A DNA stretch of 64,000 bases from positions 1 through 64,000 of IMG/VR virus record IMGVR_UViG_3300045988_103907; one strand, 5' to 3'. Under the pieces are notes generated by a model, which worked only from the letters and a program-made list of their open reading frames with translations, was not told where the DNA came from and did not search any database. The stretch comes from a virus. Shown piece after piece: positions 10,045-19,689 of this stretch. Numbering within the stretch: the first letter of the stretch is position 1; each line of letters begins with the position of its first letter. The position numbers and the translations under genes are program-made.

Positions 10045-10266
10045 TCAATCATTCTCGATATGGACACAAGCCGGAATAACCATCTCAGAGTTGTATAAAT
10101 GTACGAGACCCCCATCTTTAAGCACTACCGCATTCACGTAGCAATTATTTTCTATTATAGTAGAAACTTTCATACACAGTGTTTTATTATTTCCGTAATA
10201 AAACGGAGCGCCTTGATCGATACATTCGAATTCTATCGGCTCATATCTACTTTCAAAAATTTTCAT
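10045..10266 (-). CDS. Hypothetical protein (ends at TGA that is in frame with the downstream TM-coding region)
   Basis: 73 aa ORF. Confidence 0.35.
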   Translation of the reverse strand: MKIFESRYEPIEFECIDQGAPFYYGNNKTLCMKVSTIIENNCYVNAVVLKDGGLVHLYNSEMVIPACVHIEND

Positions 10267-10267
10267 T

Positions 10268-10543
10268 TTATAGCTCCTCTTTGATGCACTGATTAGTCAG
10301 CTTTTCATATACATCCTCGTAAAGCTCCTGCTTGTCGCCGTTATAGGTATACTCTGCATAGATGCCGTCACCGCTAATGGTGGTGGACAGCAGAGCCTTA
10401 TAGTTCTGGAGAGTTTTGCAGCCCCAGACCACAAAAACGTTTTCCAGCGTAATTTCATCGGACGTATGCTCATAGTACCACTTGACAAGAGCATTCTTAC
10501 AAACACTTTCGAAGTGAGCCATACCTGTAATAATCATAATCAA
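10268..10543 (-). CDS. Hypothetical protein
   Basis: 91 aa, co-oriented. Confidence 0.3.
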   Translation of the reverse strand: MIMIITGMAHFESVCKNALVKWYYEHTSDEITLENVFVVWGCKTLQNYKALLSTTISGDGIYAEYTYNGDKQELYEDVYEKLTNQCIKEEL

Positions 10544-11031
10544 GTCTCCTTTTTGAATATAACCGTAATCCAGTTATCTGGATAATCATCTTCTTCCTTT
10601 GTTGTTTTCACATATCCGGGCATTTCAAAATTCCACGCAAGATAATTTAGAATTTCAAGGTTGTGTAAATCGCAATAATACCAGTCCCATGGTCTACTCC
10701 ATTCCGACCAATGAAGAAGATATGCATTATCACGGCAAGTAAGATAAAAACTATTGTCCAAAGTACACACGCTGCACACTTTTGGAAACGCATGTCTTAG
10801 GATACGGTCAGTTCGCTTATCGCTCCACTTATTCAACTTCTTGCGACGGAACCTCTCTGCGACAACAAAGAGTCTCTCAAGCCAGTAGATAATGATAAGA
10901 ATCGGATACAGAAACCAATAAGGTGTTTTAATGTTCATGTCCTTGTAATGATAGTATTTTGTGACCTTGGTTTCTTTCTTCTTTTCTTCTTGCAGCTTCT
11001 TACTAAGTCTGTCCATATTTAATCCCACCAA
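10540..11031 (-). CDS. Membrane hypothetical protein
   Basis: 163 aa with internal hydrophobic helix. Confidence 0.35.
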   Translation of the reverse strand: MVGLNMDRLSKKLQEEKKKETKVTKYYHYKDMNIKTPYWFLYPILIIIYWLERLFVVAERFRRKKLNKWSDKRTDRILRHAFPKVCSVCTLDNSFYLTCRDNAYLLHWSEWSRPWDWYYCDLHNLEILNYLAWNFEMPGYVKTTKEEDDYPDNWITVIFKKET

Positions 11032-11066
11032 CCCACCCTGCTTTTATTCCATCAATAAGATGCTAC

Positions 11067-11918
11067 TTACTCACCCTTAGTTACAACGGTGTCAGCACCC
11101 TGTACAGTTACCCAGCCATGCTTCAAACGTGCCTCTGCTTCCTTCATCTGAATCAGTTCAGGAGTGATGGACTCGGAAAGTACCTTATTTGCATCAGCCT
11201 CAGCCTGTGCCTCAATCATCTTAACGTCAGCTTCCGTCTGAGCCTTGACCTTATCAGTTTCGGCCTGAGCCAGAGCGGTCTGCTTGTTCAGTTCGGCAAT
11301 CTCCGCATCCTGCTTGGCCTGCTCCTTAGCACGAATCTTCTGCATCAGGGTATCGTCCGGCTGTGCATCAACAATCAGAGCAGAAGAGACATTGATACCA
11401 TATTCGGCGGTCAGCTTCTCATTTAGGTAATTAGTGATTGCGGTATTCACACCTGCTCGATCATCAGAATAAATCTGCATGACACTAAACTGAGGAGTCA
11501 CTTCCTTGACATAAGCAATAATGTCATTCTGAATCTTGCTCTCCATAAGGCTCTCGCCGTCCATGCCACCAAACTTGGTATACAGCTCAACGACATGTTC
11601 AGGCAGGAAATTATAGTTTACAGTCAGATTGATTGCAATCGTACCGCCATTTGCAGGAGCATCAATATGCCAGTCTGCGTGCTCCTTTGCACCGTAATCA
11701 GATGCTGCATTAGAAAAGACTACTCGCTGCTGAGTAATCGGGAACTCAGACACATGCTTTAGAGGACTCATAAAATGCCAGCCCTGAGAAATAGTCTGCT
11801 GCTCGACCCCCTTCGCGGAATAAACAACACCAACATAACCAGTATGTACCCGCTCGGTACAAAGCACTGCGCCAATTGCAACGAGGAACGCAACAAAAAT
11901 TGCCATAAATTTCTTCAT
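11067..11918 (-). CDS. SPFH/band-7 (prohibitin/HflK-like) membrane protein
   Basis: N-terminal anchor, SPFH core, C-terminal coiled coil AKEQAKQDAEIAELNKQ... Confidence 0.7.
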   Translation of the reverse strand: MKKFMAIFVAFLVAIGAVLCTERVHTGYVGVVYSAKGVEQQTISQGWHFMSPLKHVSEFPITQQRVVFSNAASDYGAKEHADWHIDAPANGGTIAINLTVNYNFLPEHVVELYTKFGGMDGESLMESKIQNDIIAYVKEVTPQFSVMQIYSDDRAGVNTAITNYLNEKLTAEYGINVSSALIVDAQPDDTLMQKIRAKEQAKQDAEIAELNKQTALAQAETDKVKAQTEADVKMIEAQAEADANKVLSESITPELIQMKEAEARLKHGWVTVQGADTVVTKGE

Positions 11919-12040
11919 AAATATCTCCTTAATCTTTATAGTTGTCTTTCAGAATGTAATAGGCGATAACCCATACAATCACGAAGAAAACAATGATTTC
12001 TTTCATATGTAACCCCACCAACCCACCGCTTATACATTAT

Positions 12041-14242
12041 TTAGTTGTCGCTCAAATGAACCACTCGATCTCGAATTTCCTGAGTGCGCCCCTGATTCCA
12101 AAAATTGGTTCCCAGGTAACCGCAGGTACGTCTTACGACATTCATTTTGTTCTGGTCACGATTACCACAATTCGGGCACTCCCATACAAGCTTGTGGTTT
12201 TTCTCATCTTCTACAATTTTAATTTCGCCGTCGTAACCACAGCACTGGCAGTAGTCGGACTTGGTGTTCAGCTCCGCATACATGATGTTGTCGTAAATGA
12301 ACTGCATAACACTAAGCACCGCAGGAATGTTCTGCTGCAGATTTGGCACCTCGATATAGCTAATCGCTCCTCCGGGAGAAAGCTTCTGGAACTCGCTCTC
12401 AAACTTTAGCTTAGTGAAAGCATCGATATGTTCACGGACAACGACATGATAAGAATTTGTTACGTAGTCATGGTCAGTAACATCTGGAATCATACCGAAC
12501 CGCTTCTGCAAGCAACGTGCAAATTCATATGTAGTGGACTCCAAAGGAGTACCATACAGGGAGTAATCGATGTTTTCAGCGGCCTTCCACTCGTTACACT
12601 TATCATTCATGTGCTGCATAATTTCGAGAGCGAAAGGTTTAGCATCAGGATCGGTGTGGCTCTTGCCGGTCATATACTTCACACACTCATACAGACCGGC
12701 ATAGCCCAGGCTGATGGTGGAATAGCCGCCGAAGAGTAACTTGTCGATCTTCTCGCCCTTCTTTAGACGAGCTAATGCACCGTACTGCCACAGGATAGGG
12801 GCCATATCAGAAGGAGTGCCGAGTAGACGCTTGTGACGAATCTGTAGAGCTCGATGACACAATTCGAGTCGTTCATCGAAGATTTTCCAGAATTTATCCT
12901 TGTCCCTTTTTGAACTGCAAGCCACATCTACCAGATTGATAGTTACCACACCCTGGTTAAAGCGGCCATAATACTTATGCCCCTTAACCCAATTCTTGGC
13001 ATTAGCTACGTTCTCAGTGGTGCGGTCAGGAGTAAGGAAGGATCTACAGCCCATGCTAGGCCACACACCGCCTTTAAGCTCCTTCATAACCTTTGCGGAA
13101 ATATAATCAGGAACCATTCGCTTGGCAGTACACTTAGCCGCCAGCTCAGTCAGGTAATAATACTTAGAATCAGGATGAATGTTATCCTCATCAAGAGCAT
13201 AAATGAGCTTTGGGAAGGCCGGAGTAACCCATACACCAACTTCATTCTTTACACCCTGAATGCGCTGTTTTAACACTTCTTCAACAATTAGAGCTAAATC
13301 ATCACGAGTCTGACCTTCTGGAACTTCATCGAGATACATGAACACGGTGATAAAGGGGGCCTGACCATTGGTGGTCATCAAAGTGACGACCTGATACTGG
13401 ATGGTCTGCACGCCACGAGCAATTTCTTTATGTAAACGCTCTTCTACAATTCGATTGATAGTTTCAGACTCCGGCATCTTATCGATTTCATTATTCTGAA
13501 CCATCTCGTAAAATTCTTGGTGTACTTCACTTGTAATCTTCTTGCGGGAAACATCCACGAATGGAGCCAGATGTGAAAGTGTAATACTCTGACCTCCAAA
13601 TTGCATCGAAGCCACCTGTGCGATGATCTGGGTCGCAATATTGCAGGCCGTGGAAAAGCTGTGGGGCTTTTCGATATAGGTGCCGGAGATGACAGTGCCG
13701 TTCTGGAGCATATCTTCCAGATTGACCAGATCGCAATTATGGCAGTGCATCACAAAATAATCTTTATCATGCACATGAATTAAACCATTTTTGTGTGCAT
13801 CTCGGATATCCTTTGGAAGTAGAAGTCTGTCAGTTAGTTCCTTAGATACCTCTCCGGCCATGTAATCACGTTGCGTGCTATTGATGGTTGCGTTCTTATT
13901 ACTATTTTCCTGATTGATTGCGTCGTTCTGGGCATCAAGAATTTCAAGAATACTTGCGTTGGTTTTCTCTTTATCTCGAATTTCCTGACGATACTGTCGC
14001 CACTGACTATATGCATCTGCAACATCGATGAACGGGCTATTTGCTAGACTGTCCACTACGATATCCTGAATCTGCTCAACAGAAAGAATGTCCGGCATGT
14101 CTGCGATATAGTCAGCAATCGCATTCGACACACGAGCGTCGATACCACCCGGCGTACAGGTCATCGCCTTCTCAATCGCATTTACAATCTTACTTTTGTC
14201 AAAAGGAACTTTCGTTCCGTTTCGTTTAATCACATAATCCAT
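12041..14242 (-). CDS. nrdD: Anaerobic ribonucleoside-triphosphate reductase (class III RNR)
   Basis: N-terminal ATP-cone (VIKRNGTKVPFDKSKI), C-terminal Zn site CPNCGN and glycyl-radical motif RTCGYLG; 733 aa. Confidence 0.9.
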   Translation of the reverse strand: MDYVIKRNGTKVPFDKSKIVNAIEKAMTCTPGGIDARVSNAIADYIADMPDILSVEQIQDIVVDSLANSPFIDVADAYSQWRQYRQEIRDKEKTNASILEILDAQNDAINQENSNKNATINSTQRDYMAGEVSKELTDRLLLPKDIRDAHKNGLIHVHDKDYFVMHCHNCDLVNLEDMLQNGTVISGTYIEKPHSFSTACNIATQIIAQVASMQFGGQSITLSHLAPFVDVSRKKITSEVHQEFYEMVQNNEIDKMPESETINRIVEERLHKEIARGVQTIQYQVVTLMTTNGQAPFITVFMYLDEVPEGQTRDDLALIVEEVLKQRIQGVKNEVGVWVTPAFPKLIYALDEDNIHPDSKYYYLTELAAKCTAKRMVPDYISAKVMKELKGGVWPSMGCRSFLTPDRTTENVANAKNWVKGHKYYGRFNQGVVTINLVDVACSSKRDKDKFWKIFDERLELCHRALQIRHKRLLGTPSDMAPILWQYGALARLKKGEKIDKLLFGGYSTISLGYAGLYECVKYMTGKSHTDPDAKPFALEIMQHMNDKCNEWKAAENIDYSLYGTPLESTTYEFARCLQKRFGMIPDVTDHDYVTNSYHVVVREHIDAFTKLKFESEFQKLSPGGAISYIEVPNLQQNIPAVLSVMQFIYDNIMYAELNTKSDYCQCCGYDGEIKIVEDEKNHKLVWECPNCGNRDQNKMNVVRRTCGYLGTNFWNQGRTQEIRDRVVHLSDN

Positions 14243-14254
14243 GTGATTCCTCCT

Positions 14255-15778
14255 TTACTCAACGTTCTGTGCGTTGTTATTCTCGGAAGTGATAGTAGAA
14301 TCACTTACAAGATTTACATTCTTAGTAACCTTGGCATCGTAACTGTTGGCACGTACAATCTCTCGCATATCAATGCCAGTGGCTTCCTTAACAGCCTCAA
14401 AAGTCTGTGCCATGACCGCCGGGACATTCCCAGAAATCTCAGAAACGCCATTTGCGTTACCGCCGATAATGGAAACCTTATCAATAGATGCCAGAGGCTT
14501 TGCAACCTGTTCTGCGATACTAGGCAGAATTTTAATGATCATCTCGCCCATTGCAGCACCGTTATACTGTTTGTAAGCCTCAGCCTTCTTCAGCATAGCC
14601 TCTGCTTCGGCAATACCCTTCTGCTTGATAGCATCTGCTTCAGCAGTACCAACCATTCGGATACCTTCAGCTTCCTGCTCCTTAGCAAACTTGGCAGACT
14701 CGGCAGCACGCTCTGCCTCGTACTTCTTTGCCTCAGCTTCCTTTTGACGCTTATACAGGTCTGCATCAGCCTGTTTGCGAATTTCAGCGTCCAACTTCTG
14801 CTGACGAACCTCTGCTTCCTGAGCGGCCAGTTCAACCATCTTTTTCTGTTTTGCAATCTCTGCATCAGCCTCAGCTTCCTTGATTTCCTTGGCACGAAGA
14901 TTCATCTGAATTTGACCAGCAGCTTCAGCATCAGCGGTCGCCTTGTCAGCTTTAGTCTTCAGAGCAGCCTGTGCCAGGACGAACTCATTGTTGCGTTGCG
15001 CAATAGCAGTCTTAGATTCAATTTCCTTCTCGTTTGCTTCGCGAGTAGTATCAGCCTTAGCGCGAGCAATATCACGAGCTGCTTCAGCCTTAGCAATCTC
15101 TGCCTGCTTCTTCACCAACTCTTCCTGCTGAACACCAATTGCCTCGATGACACCATGATTATGACCCTGAGCATCAATAGCATCCTTGATATCCTGAACA
15201 TTGAAAGTAACAACTTCCAGACCCATCTTTGCCAGATCAGGACGAGCATTCTCAACGACGGAAATTGCCATCTGCTTACGATTAGTCAGGATATCGTTGA
15301 CAGTCATCTCAGAAACAATCTCTCGCAGATTGCCCTGAAGGACATCATTGATCTTCTCGTTAATGCCATCTTCACTCATGCCAAGGAAGTTGGAAATAGC
15401 AGCCTGCTGACGAGCACTAATGTAAGTCTTTGCATCCTCGCAACCGGCGCTCTTAATCTCATCATCAGTTACAGTAGAGTTTTCAGAGTAAACCTGAACA
15501 GTAACAACAGAGTCCAGCCACAGAGAAACACCCTCTTTAGTCTTAACACCTGTTTCAGGAGTCTTAACATCAATCTTAAGCAGTCGCATATTTAGACGGT
15601 CAGCTCGCTGAATAACCGGAAGGACGAACACGCCACGACCACAGATAACTTTTGGCTTAGACAGCCCAAAACCTGTCACGACGATTGCCTGAGTAGGAGG
15701 AGCCTTCTTGTAGCAAGTAAATGCAAAGGCGACCAGAAGGACAATAACGACAGGAATTGCAATAAACATCATATTCAT
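14255..15778 (-). CDS. Flotillin-like SPFH protein (FloT/YqiK family)
   Basis: N-terminal TM, SPFH domain, long Ala/Glu/Lys-rich coiled coil; 507 aa. Confidence 0.75.
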   Translation of the reverse strand: MNMMFIAIPVVIVLLVAFAFTCYKKAPPTQAIVVTGFGLSKPKVICGRGVFVLPVIQRADRLNMRLLKIDVKTPETGVKTKEGVSLWLDSVVTVQVYSENSTVTDDEIKSAGCEDAKTYISARQQAAISNFLGMSEDGINEKINDVLQGNLREIVSEMTVNDILTNRKQMAISVVENARPDLAKMGLEVVTFNVQDIKDAIDAQGHNHGVIEAIGVQQEELVKKQAEIAKAEAARDIARAKADTTREANEKEIESKTAIAQRNNEFVLAQAALKTKADKATADAEAAGQIQMNLRAKEIKEAEADAEIAKQKKMVELAAQEAEVRQQKLDAEIRKQADADLYKRQKEAEAKKYEAERAAESAKFAKEQEAEGIRMVGTAEADAIKQKGIAEAEAMLKKAEAYKQYNGAAMGEMIIKILPSIAEQVAKPLASIDKVSIIGGNANGVSEISGNVPAVMAQTFEAVKEATGIDMREIVRANSYDAKVTKNVNLVSDSTITSENNNAQNVE

Positions 15779-15794
15779 GTATTTTTCTCCTTGA

Positions 15795-15884
15795 TTATTT
15801 TAAAACAAATTTGGCAAAGCCAAAAAACAACATTGTAACAAACAGGGCGAATGCCGCAAATGGTTCTTCCCAGTTGTATCTCAT
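15795..15884 (-). CDS. Small hydrophobic peptide (MRYNWEEPFAAFALFVTMLFFGFAKFVLK) immediately upstream of flotillin
   Basis: AAGAGG RBS 8 nt upstream of ATG; below ORF-track size threshold. Confidence 0.3.
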   Translation of the reverse strand: MRYNWEEPFAAFALFVTMLFFGFAKFVLK

Positions 15885-15897
15885 ATATGTAAACCTC

Positions 15898-16338
15898 TTA
15901 GAATTTGACTTCATCGGCACAATCAGGAACCACGGCAGTCTCAATGTTTGGAGCATGAATCTCTGGACAGAAAACCAAATCATCCGTATAGTCAGGCTTT
16001 GCATGACGAGGAATGTAATCCGGCATCGTAGTCAGCTTGTCAGTTACCTCGTTAGGAATCTTCTTTAGCGTATCTACGACACTTTCAGCAACTTTCTGCT
16101 GTTCCTCTAAAAGTCGGATTTTATAGTCCAAATACCAACGTGCCTTCGTTAAATCTTGAAGCAGAGAATTGCCATCCTTGTGCCCTGCACGGCTCAGATA
16201 CTTACCAGTGTTCCAAAGATAAGCATCCTTGTCCAATCCCCATTCATGAAGCACCTTAATTGCTTCATACGGATTATCTGCGCCTCCGTAGTGGGAAGGA
16301 TGGTCTGTATTTTTCTTGATGTCATCAAGTGTTTCCAT
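15898..16338 (-). CDS. DUF3310-like phage protein
   Basis: HPSHYGG...PYEAIKVLHEWGL...KYLSRAG signature recalled from DUF3310 family. Confidence 0.45.
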   Translation of the reverse strand: METLDDIKKNTDHPSHYGGADNPYEAIKVLHEWGLDKDAYLWNTGKYLSRAGHKDGNSLLQDLTKARWYLDYKIRLLEEQQKVAESVVDTLKKIPNEVTDKLTTMPDYIPRHAKPDYTDDLVFCPEIHAPNIETAVVPDCADEVKF

Positions 16339-17116
16339 TTAAAGCCTCCTGTTTCAGTTTGTCGTATTTATCACGAATCTCGTGGAACTTACCACAAGAC
16401 ATCATTCCTTCAGTACAACCATTACCACAGCAGTTGGGGCCAGCATACTTAAACAGATGAGGAGCAATCGGATAAACCAGCTTTAACATCTCGGTTGCAA
16501 GCTCCCTGATTTCCGGCTGCGCTCGCTCACAACAACGCAGGTTAAAGAAATTATTCAACGAACGAGCGTTCATTGTAACAATCATCTTTGTAGAACAAGC
16601 ATTTGGAAGAACAGAACGTGCATTCTCGTTTGCAATCTTGGACGCTTTTGCGCGTGCCTTTTTCTCAGTCAAACGAGAATCAGCAACCATCAGTTCCTCA
16701 GTAATCTTGTCCTCAAGAATCTGACATAGGTGCTTATAGGAATATTCAGCAGTCTGAATTGCCTGTTCAAACACTTCTCGTGCTTCGCTATCCTCATCAA
16801 TAACATCAGGAATGATGATTTCTGCATTATTCATTCGCACATAGCGCTGACTCTGCACACTAAATGACGCAATGCGGTGGCGGGTTATCTGAGCAAGCAA
16901 AGAACGGCTCACACTTTCGATTCCAAAAGTAAAAGTCACATGTTCAGTAGGACTGGCGTGACCAAGGCTAGAAAGTCGATTCAAAAATTCATCGACCTTC
17001 TCATCGGTCAGTCCATCCATCAAATCCTGAATACTCGAATTGGAATAGCACAGCTTTGCAGCGGCAGCTACCACCTTTTCAGGATCAGGAGTATGTGCAA
17101 TCAGTTCAACAGTCAT
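16325..17116 (-). CDS. thyX: Flavin-dependent thymidylate synthase
   Basis: ThyX motif RHRIASFSVQSQRY; 263 aa. Confidence 0.85.
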   Translation of the reverse strand: MTVELIAHTPDPEKVVAAAAKLCYSNSSIQDLMDGLTDEKVDEFLNRLSSLGHASPTEHVTFTFGIESVSRSLLAQITRHRIASFSVQSQRYVRMNNAEIIIPDVIDEDSEAREVFEQAIQTAEYSYKHLCQILEDKITEELMVADSRLTEKKARAKASKIANENARSVLPNACSTKMIVTMNARSLNNFFNLRCCERAQPEIRELATEMLKLVYPIAPHLFKYAGPNCCGNGCTEGMMSCGKFHEIRDKYDKLKQEALNGNT

Positions 17117-17126
17117 TTAACTCTCC

Positions 17127-17351
17127 TTAATATTCATCCTGCCAGTTTTCAGGAATGTCGTTCTTACCAATTACAATGCAATTTTTAGGTGCAACATTTA
17201 AAGTGTACTTTCCATCTTGAACTTTAATCATTACGTTCATAATGGCGACAACTTTATGAATACTCCAAAGAACTCCTCGACCTTTTCGAGTTCTAGCTCT
17301 AAGAACTGTATCGCCAACATGAATCTCTCTATTGAGAATATCGGTTACCAT
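17127..17351 (-). CDS. Hypothetical protein
   Basis: 74 aa, co-oriented. Confidence 0.3.
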   Translation of the reverse strand: MVTDILNREIHVGDTVLRARTRKGRGVLWSIHKVVAIMNVMIKVQDGKYTLNVAPKNCIVIGKNDIPENWQDEY

Positions 17352-17510
17352 TTAATTCTCCTTTATTTTAGAAGTGCAAACTTAAACCAATCCGGAAAGC
17401 TGGATACTGAAATTCCATATTTGATAAGGCAAGACAGCAGCCACAACGCAATCATGATTCCGACCGCAATAAAATAATCCTTGAAAATCTTAATAAAAGA
17501 GATCCACATC

Positions 17511-17714
17511 TTAATCCTGTCTCTCATTTACCTCACCTCTTTCAATCAACTCATCCACGGTAACCTCTCCACAGAGAACCTGTTTAAGCTGCTCTTCCGA
17601 TAACTGATATGTAATCGGCTCTCCACACTCGACAGGATATCGAGCTAAGGTTCTATAGTACTCTGCAAGGGCTCGTTCCTTACGACCCTGCTCACGATGG
17701 TCAATACCAATCAT
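17511..17714 (-). CDS. Hypothetical protein
   Basis: 67 aa, ATGA overlap with neighbour. Confidence 0.3.
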   Translation of the reverse strand: MIGIDHREQGRKERALAEYYRTLARYPVECGEPITYQLSEEQLKQVLCGEVTVDELIERGEVNERQD

Positions 17715-17959
17715 ATCGCCCCACCTCCTTCCTCAAATTCTTCACTCTTTCCGGTCACGACATAGACGTCATCTTCGAGATCTTCTTTATCAACAAACGA
17801 TATTTCTCCTAGTCGCAGGCCGCACTTGTTACTTTCCGGTCTGTTGTCAATTATGTAGAAGTCGCCAGCATCACAAAGAACCTTATACCAGTGCCCTTTC
17901 TGCAAAGTGGCTTCTGCCGGGCCCCACTCTTTATAATCCGTCCTGAAGTACATCCTCAT
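17711..17959 (-). CDS. Hypothetical protein
   Basis: 82 aa. Confidence 0.3.
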   Translation of the reverse strand: MRMYFRTDYKEWGPAEATLQKGHWYKVLCDAGDFYIIDNRPESNKCGLRLGEISFVDKEDLEDDVYVVTGKSEEFEEGGGAI

Positions 17960-18306
17960 TAGGACTCCTTATAGGGCTCCATATCACCCTTCCAAATCTG
18001 GAAATAAGGATGTGCGTCAATGCCGTAGACCTGACCCTTCATGCCGGTGCTAGTAATCTTATAAGGCTTTCCGTCTTCAAGGCTATTGATGAAATCCTGA
18101 TACTGCGGACTCATCTTGAAGAAATCCTTCTTACCCTGAATCCTCTTTACCTTAATGGTGACCTCATCACCAATCTTTGGTTCCCATTCCTCTACTGGCA
18201 TTCCAGCCAGAAAGTCAGGGCCACCAGCCTTCTTGATTCTCCGGGCAAGGATTCGTGCTTTACGCTGCTCTCTGCGCCGGTCTTCTCGATTCATCGAATT
18301 ACTCAT
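17959..18306 (-). CDS. Hypothetical protein with basic N-terminus
   Basis: 115 aa; REDRRREQRKARILARRIKK. Confidence 0.35.
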   Translation of the reverse strand: MSNSMNREDRRREQRKARILARRIKKAGGPDFLAGMPVEEWEPKIGDEVTIKVKRIQGKKDFFKMSPQYQDFINSLEDGKPYKITSTGMKGQVYGIDAHPYFQIWKGDMEPYKES

Positions 18307-18565
18307 ATTCTGTTCCTTTCAGCTTATCAAAGTAGGGATCGCCGTCTCGCTTCTCTAATAAGTTGAGCTCCCCGGCGGAGCCTACAGAATACAAACGAAA
18401 ATTTTTAAAAATCTCAGCACCTTTAATAGTGGCTAGAGATGCGATTATATACAATATATTGTGTTCTTCTGTGCCATCCATAAGCTGAACTTCAAGCCGC
18501 TCACGTTTTGGAATGGCAAGTTTTCGGAAGTCTGTCATACAATGCCTTCCTGTTCTGCTTTCCAC
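18299..18565 (-). CDS. Hypothetical protein
   Basis: 88 aa. Confidence 0.3.
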   Translation of the reverse strand: MESRTGRHCMTDFRKLAIPKRERLEVQLMDGTEEHNILYIIASLATIKGAEIFKNFRLYSVGSAGELNLLEKRDGDPYFDKLKGTEYE

Positions 18566-18963
18566 TGGGCGTATCGATCTTGACCAGCTTTAATTGCATG
18601 GTTTCTATCCTTAGCAAAAACATAGGCAGACCAGACAAAACATTCTTTTCCATAAACTGTTGTTTTCCTTGCATAAGGAGACTTCTCTACATCATCTTCT
18701 CCATAAAACTCTGGTCTTTCACAAAACGTGCTCCACTTTGTTTCTCCGTCTTTATATTCTTTATAAAAAACACACCAAACACCAACTGGGTCGATAATAT
18801 TATCTTCGTATTCCTCCACACAAGCATCATAGGCTGCAGCGATACGCTCTGCGTTTTCCTTGTTGTCCGTAATAGTGATGATGAAATGTTCAGAACAATC
18901 ACAAGAAGTTACTGCATAAAACTTTTTCATTTTGTTCTCCATTACTTTTGTGGAATTGTACAA
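18535..18963 (-). CDS. Hypothetical protein
   Basis: 142 aa. Confidence 0.35.
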   Translation of the reverse strand: MYNSTKVMENKMKKFYAVTSCDCSEHFIITITDNKENAERIAAAYDACVEEYEDNIIDPVGVWCVFYKEYKDGETKWSTFCERPEFYGEDDVEKSPYARKTTVYGKECFVWSAYVFAKDRNHAIKAGQDRYAQWKAEQEGIV

Positions 18964-19220
18964 GACAGACTACCTTTCGAGTACGATTCGTAAATCTCAG
19001 AAATGACATCGTGGCATCTACTCTCGGAGTCATAACCGCCAAGAAGAATTCCTCTATCATTTATATCTTGTCTTGCGTACACATTAAAATTTGAAGTGTC
19101 GTACACATCAAAACTTGAAATGTCGATGATAGCCATGCGGTCAAGATTTATAATTTCTCCGCCTTGTGTTAAAAGTAGCATTTTAATCCTCCGGCATATC
19201 GAAACCAATACGGTTTTCAC
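18942..19220 (-). CDS. Hypothetical protein
   Basis: 92 aa. Confidence 0.3.
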   Translation of the reverse strand: MKTVLVSICRRIKMLLLTQGGEIINLDRMAIIDISSFDVYDTSNFNVYARQDINDRGILLGGYDSESRCHDVISEIYESYSKGSLSCTIPQK

Positions 19221-19407
19221 AAAGAGCAGTGTTAATCTCTTGAATTACGTCCTTTGCCCTCTCTGTAGTTTGATAATAGCCAAGTCGAAACCATGTGTGT
19301 GAATCGGGTCCATAAGCTCTAATTGTCGTTGTGTTTTCCACTATACGAATAGAAAAGCATTCATTTGTATTAACAACTCCTGTTTTATTCTGTGTTAAAA
19401 TAAACAT
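19183..19407 (-). CDS. Hypothetical protein
   Basis: 74 aa. Confidence 0.3.
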   Translation of the reverse strand: MFILTQNKTGVVNTNECFSIRIVENTTTIRAYGPDSHTWFRLGYYQTTERAKDVIQEINTALCENRIGFDMPED

Positions 19408-19416
19408 TGTAAAGCC

Positions 19417-19689
19417 TCATAAATCTGCAAGCTGGGCAGGAGACCAGATGTCTGGAATATCCCAATCTTCCTTTGTCTGCCCGTTATAAATTCCGTAAAA
19501 ATATCCTTCAGACGGCACATAGACGATTCTTTGCCAGCCATTCATTCCGTGTGACTCCTTTGGCTCAAAATCACGAGTCAAAATTCTACGTCCACCATTG
19601 CTATAAGCGAATGCCTTTGTAGGAACCTCGATACATTTGTTATCCAGAATCCGAAGGATGTACTTAATTGTCTTCTTTGAAAGATTCAT
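19417..19689 (-). CDS. Hypothetical protein
   Basis: 90 aa. Confidence 0.3.
   Translation of the reverse strand: MNLSKKTIKYILRILDNKCIEVPTKAFAYSNGGRRILTRDFEPKESHGMNGWQRIVYVPSEGYFYGIYNGQTKEDWDIPDIWSPAQLADL

Noticed and set aside
12428-13273. Several 60-140-aa ORFs nested in nrdD on both strands
   Set aside because: They are fully contained in the 733-aa NrdD frame, whose motifs are unambiguous.
14243-15595. 450-aa plus-strand ORF rich in Leu, Ser and Cys
   Set aside because: It is entirely antisense to the well-supported flotillin-like gene 14255..15778. Its low-complexity composition is typical of a shadow ORF opposite an Ala/Glu/Lys-rich coiled-coil gene.
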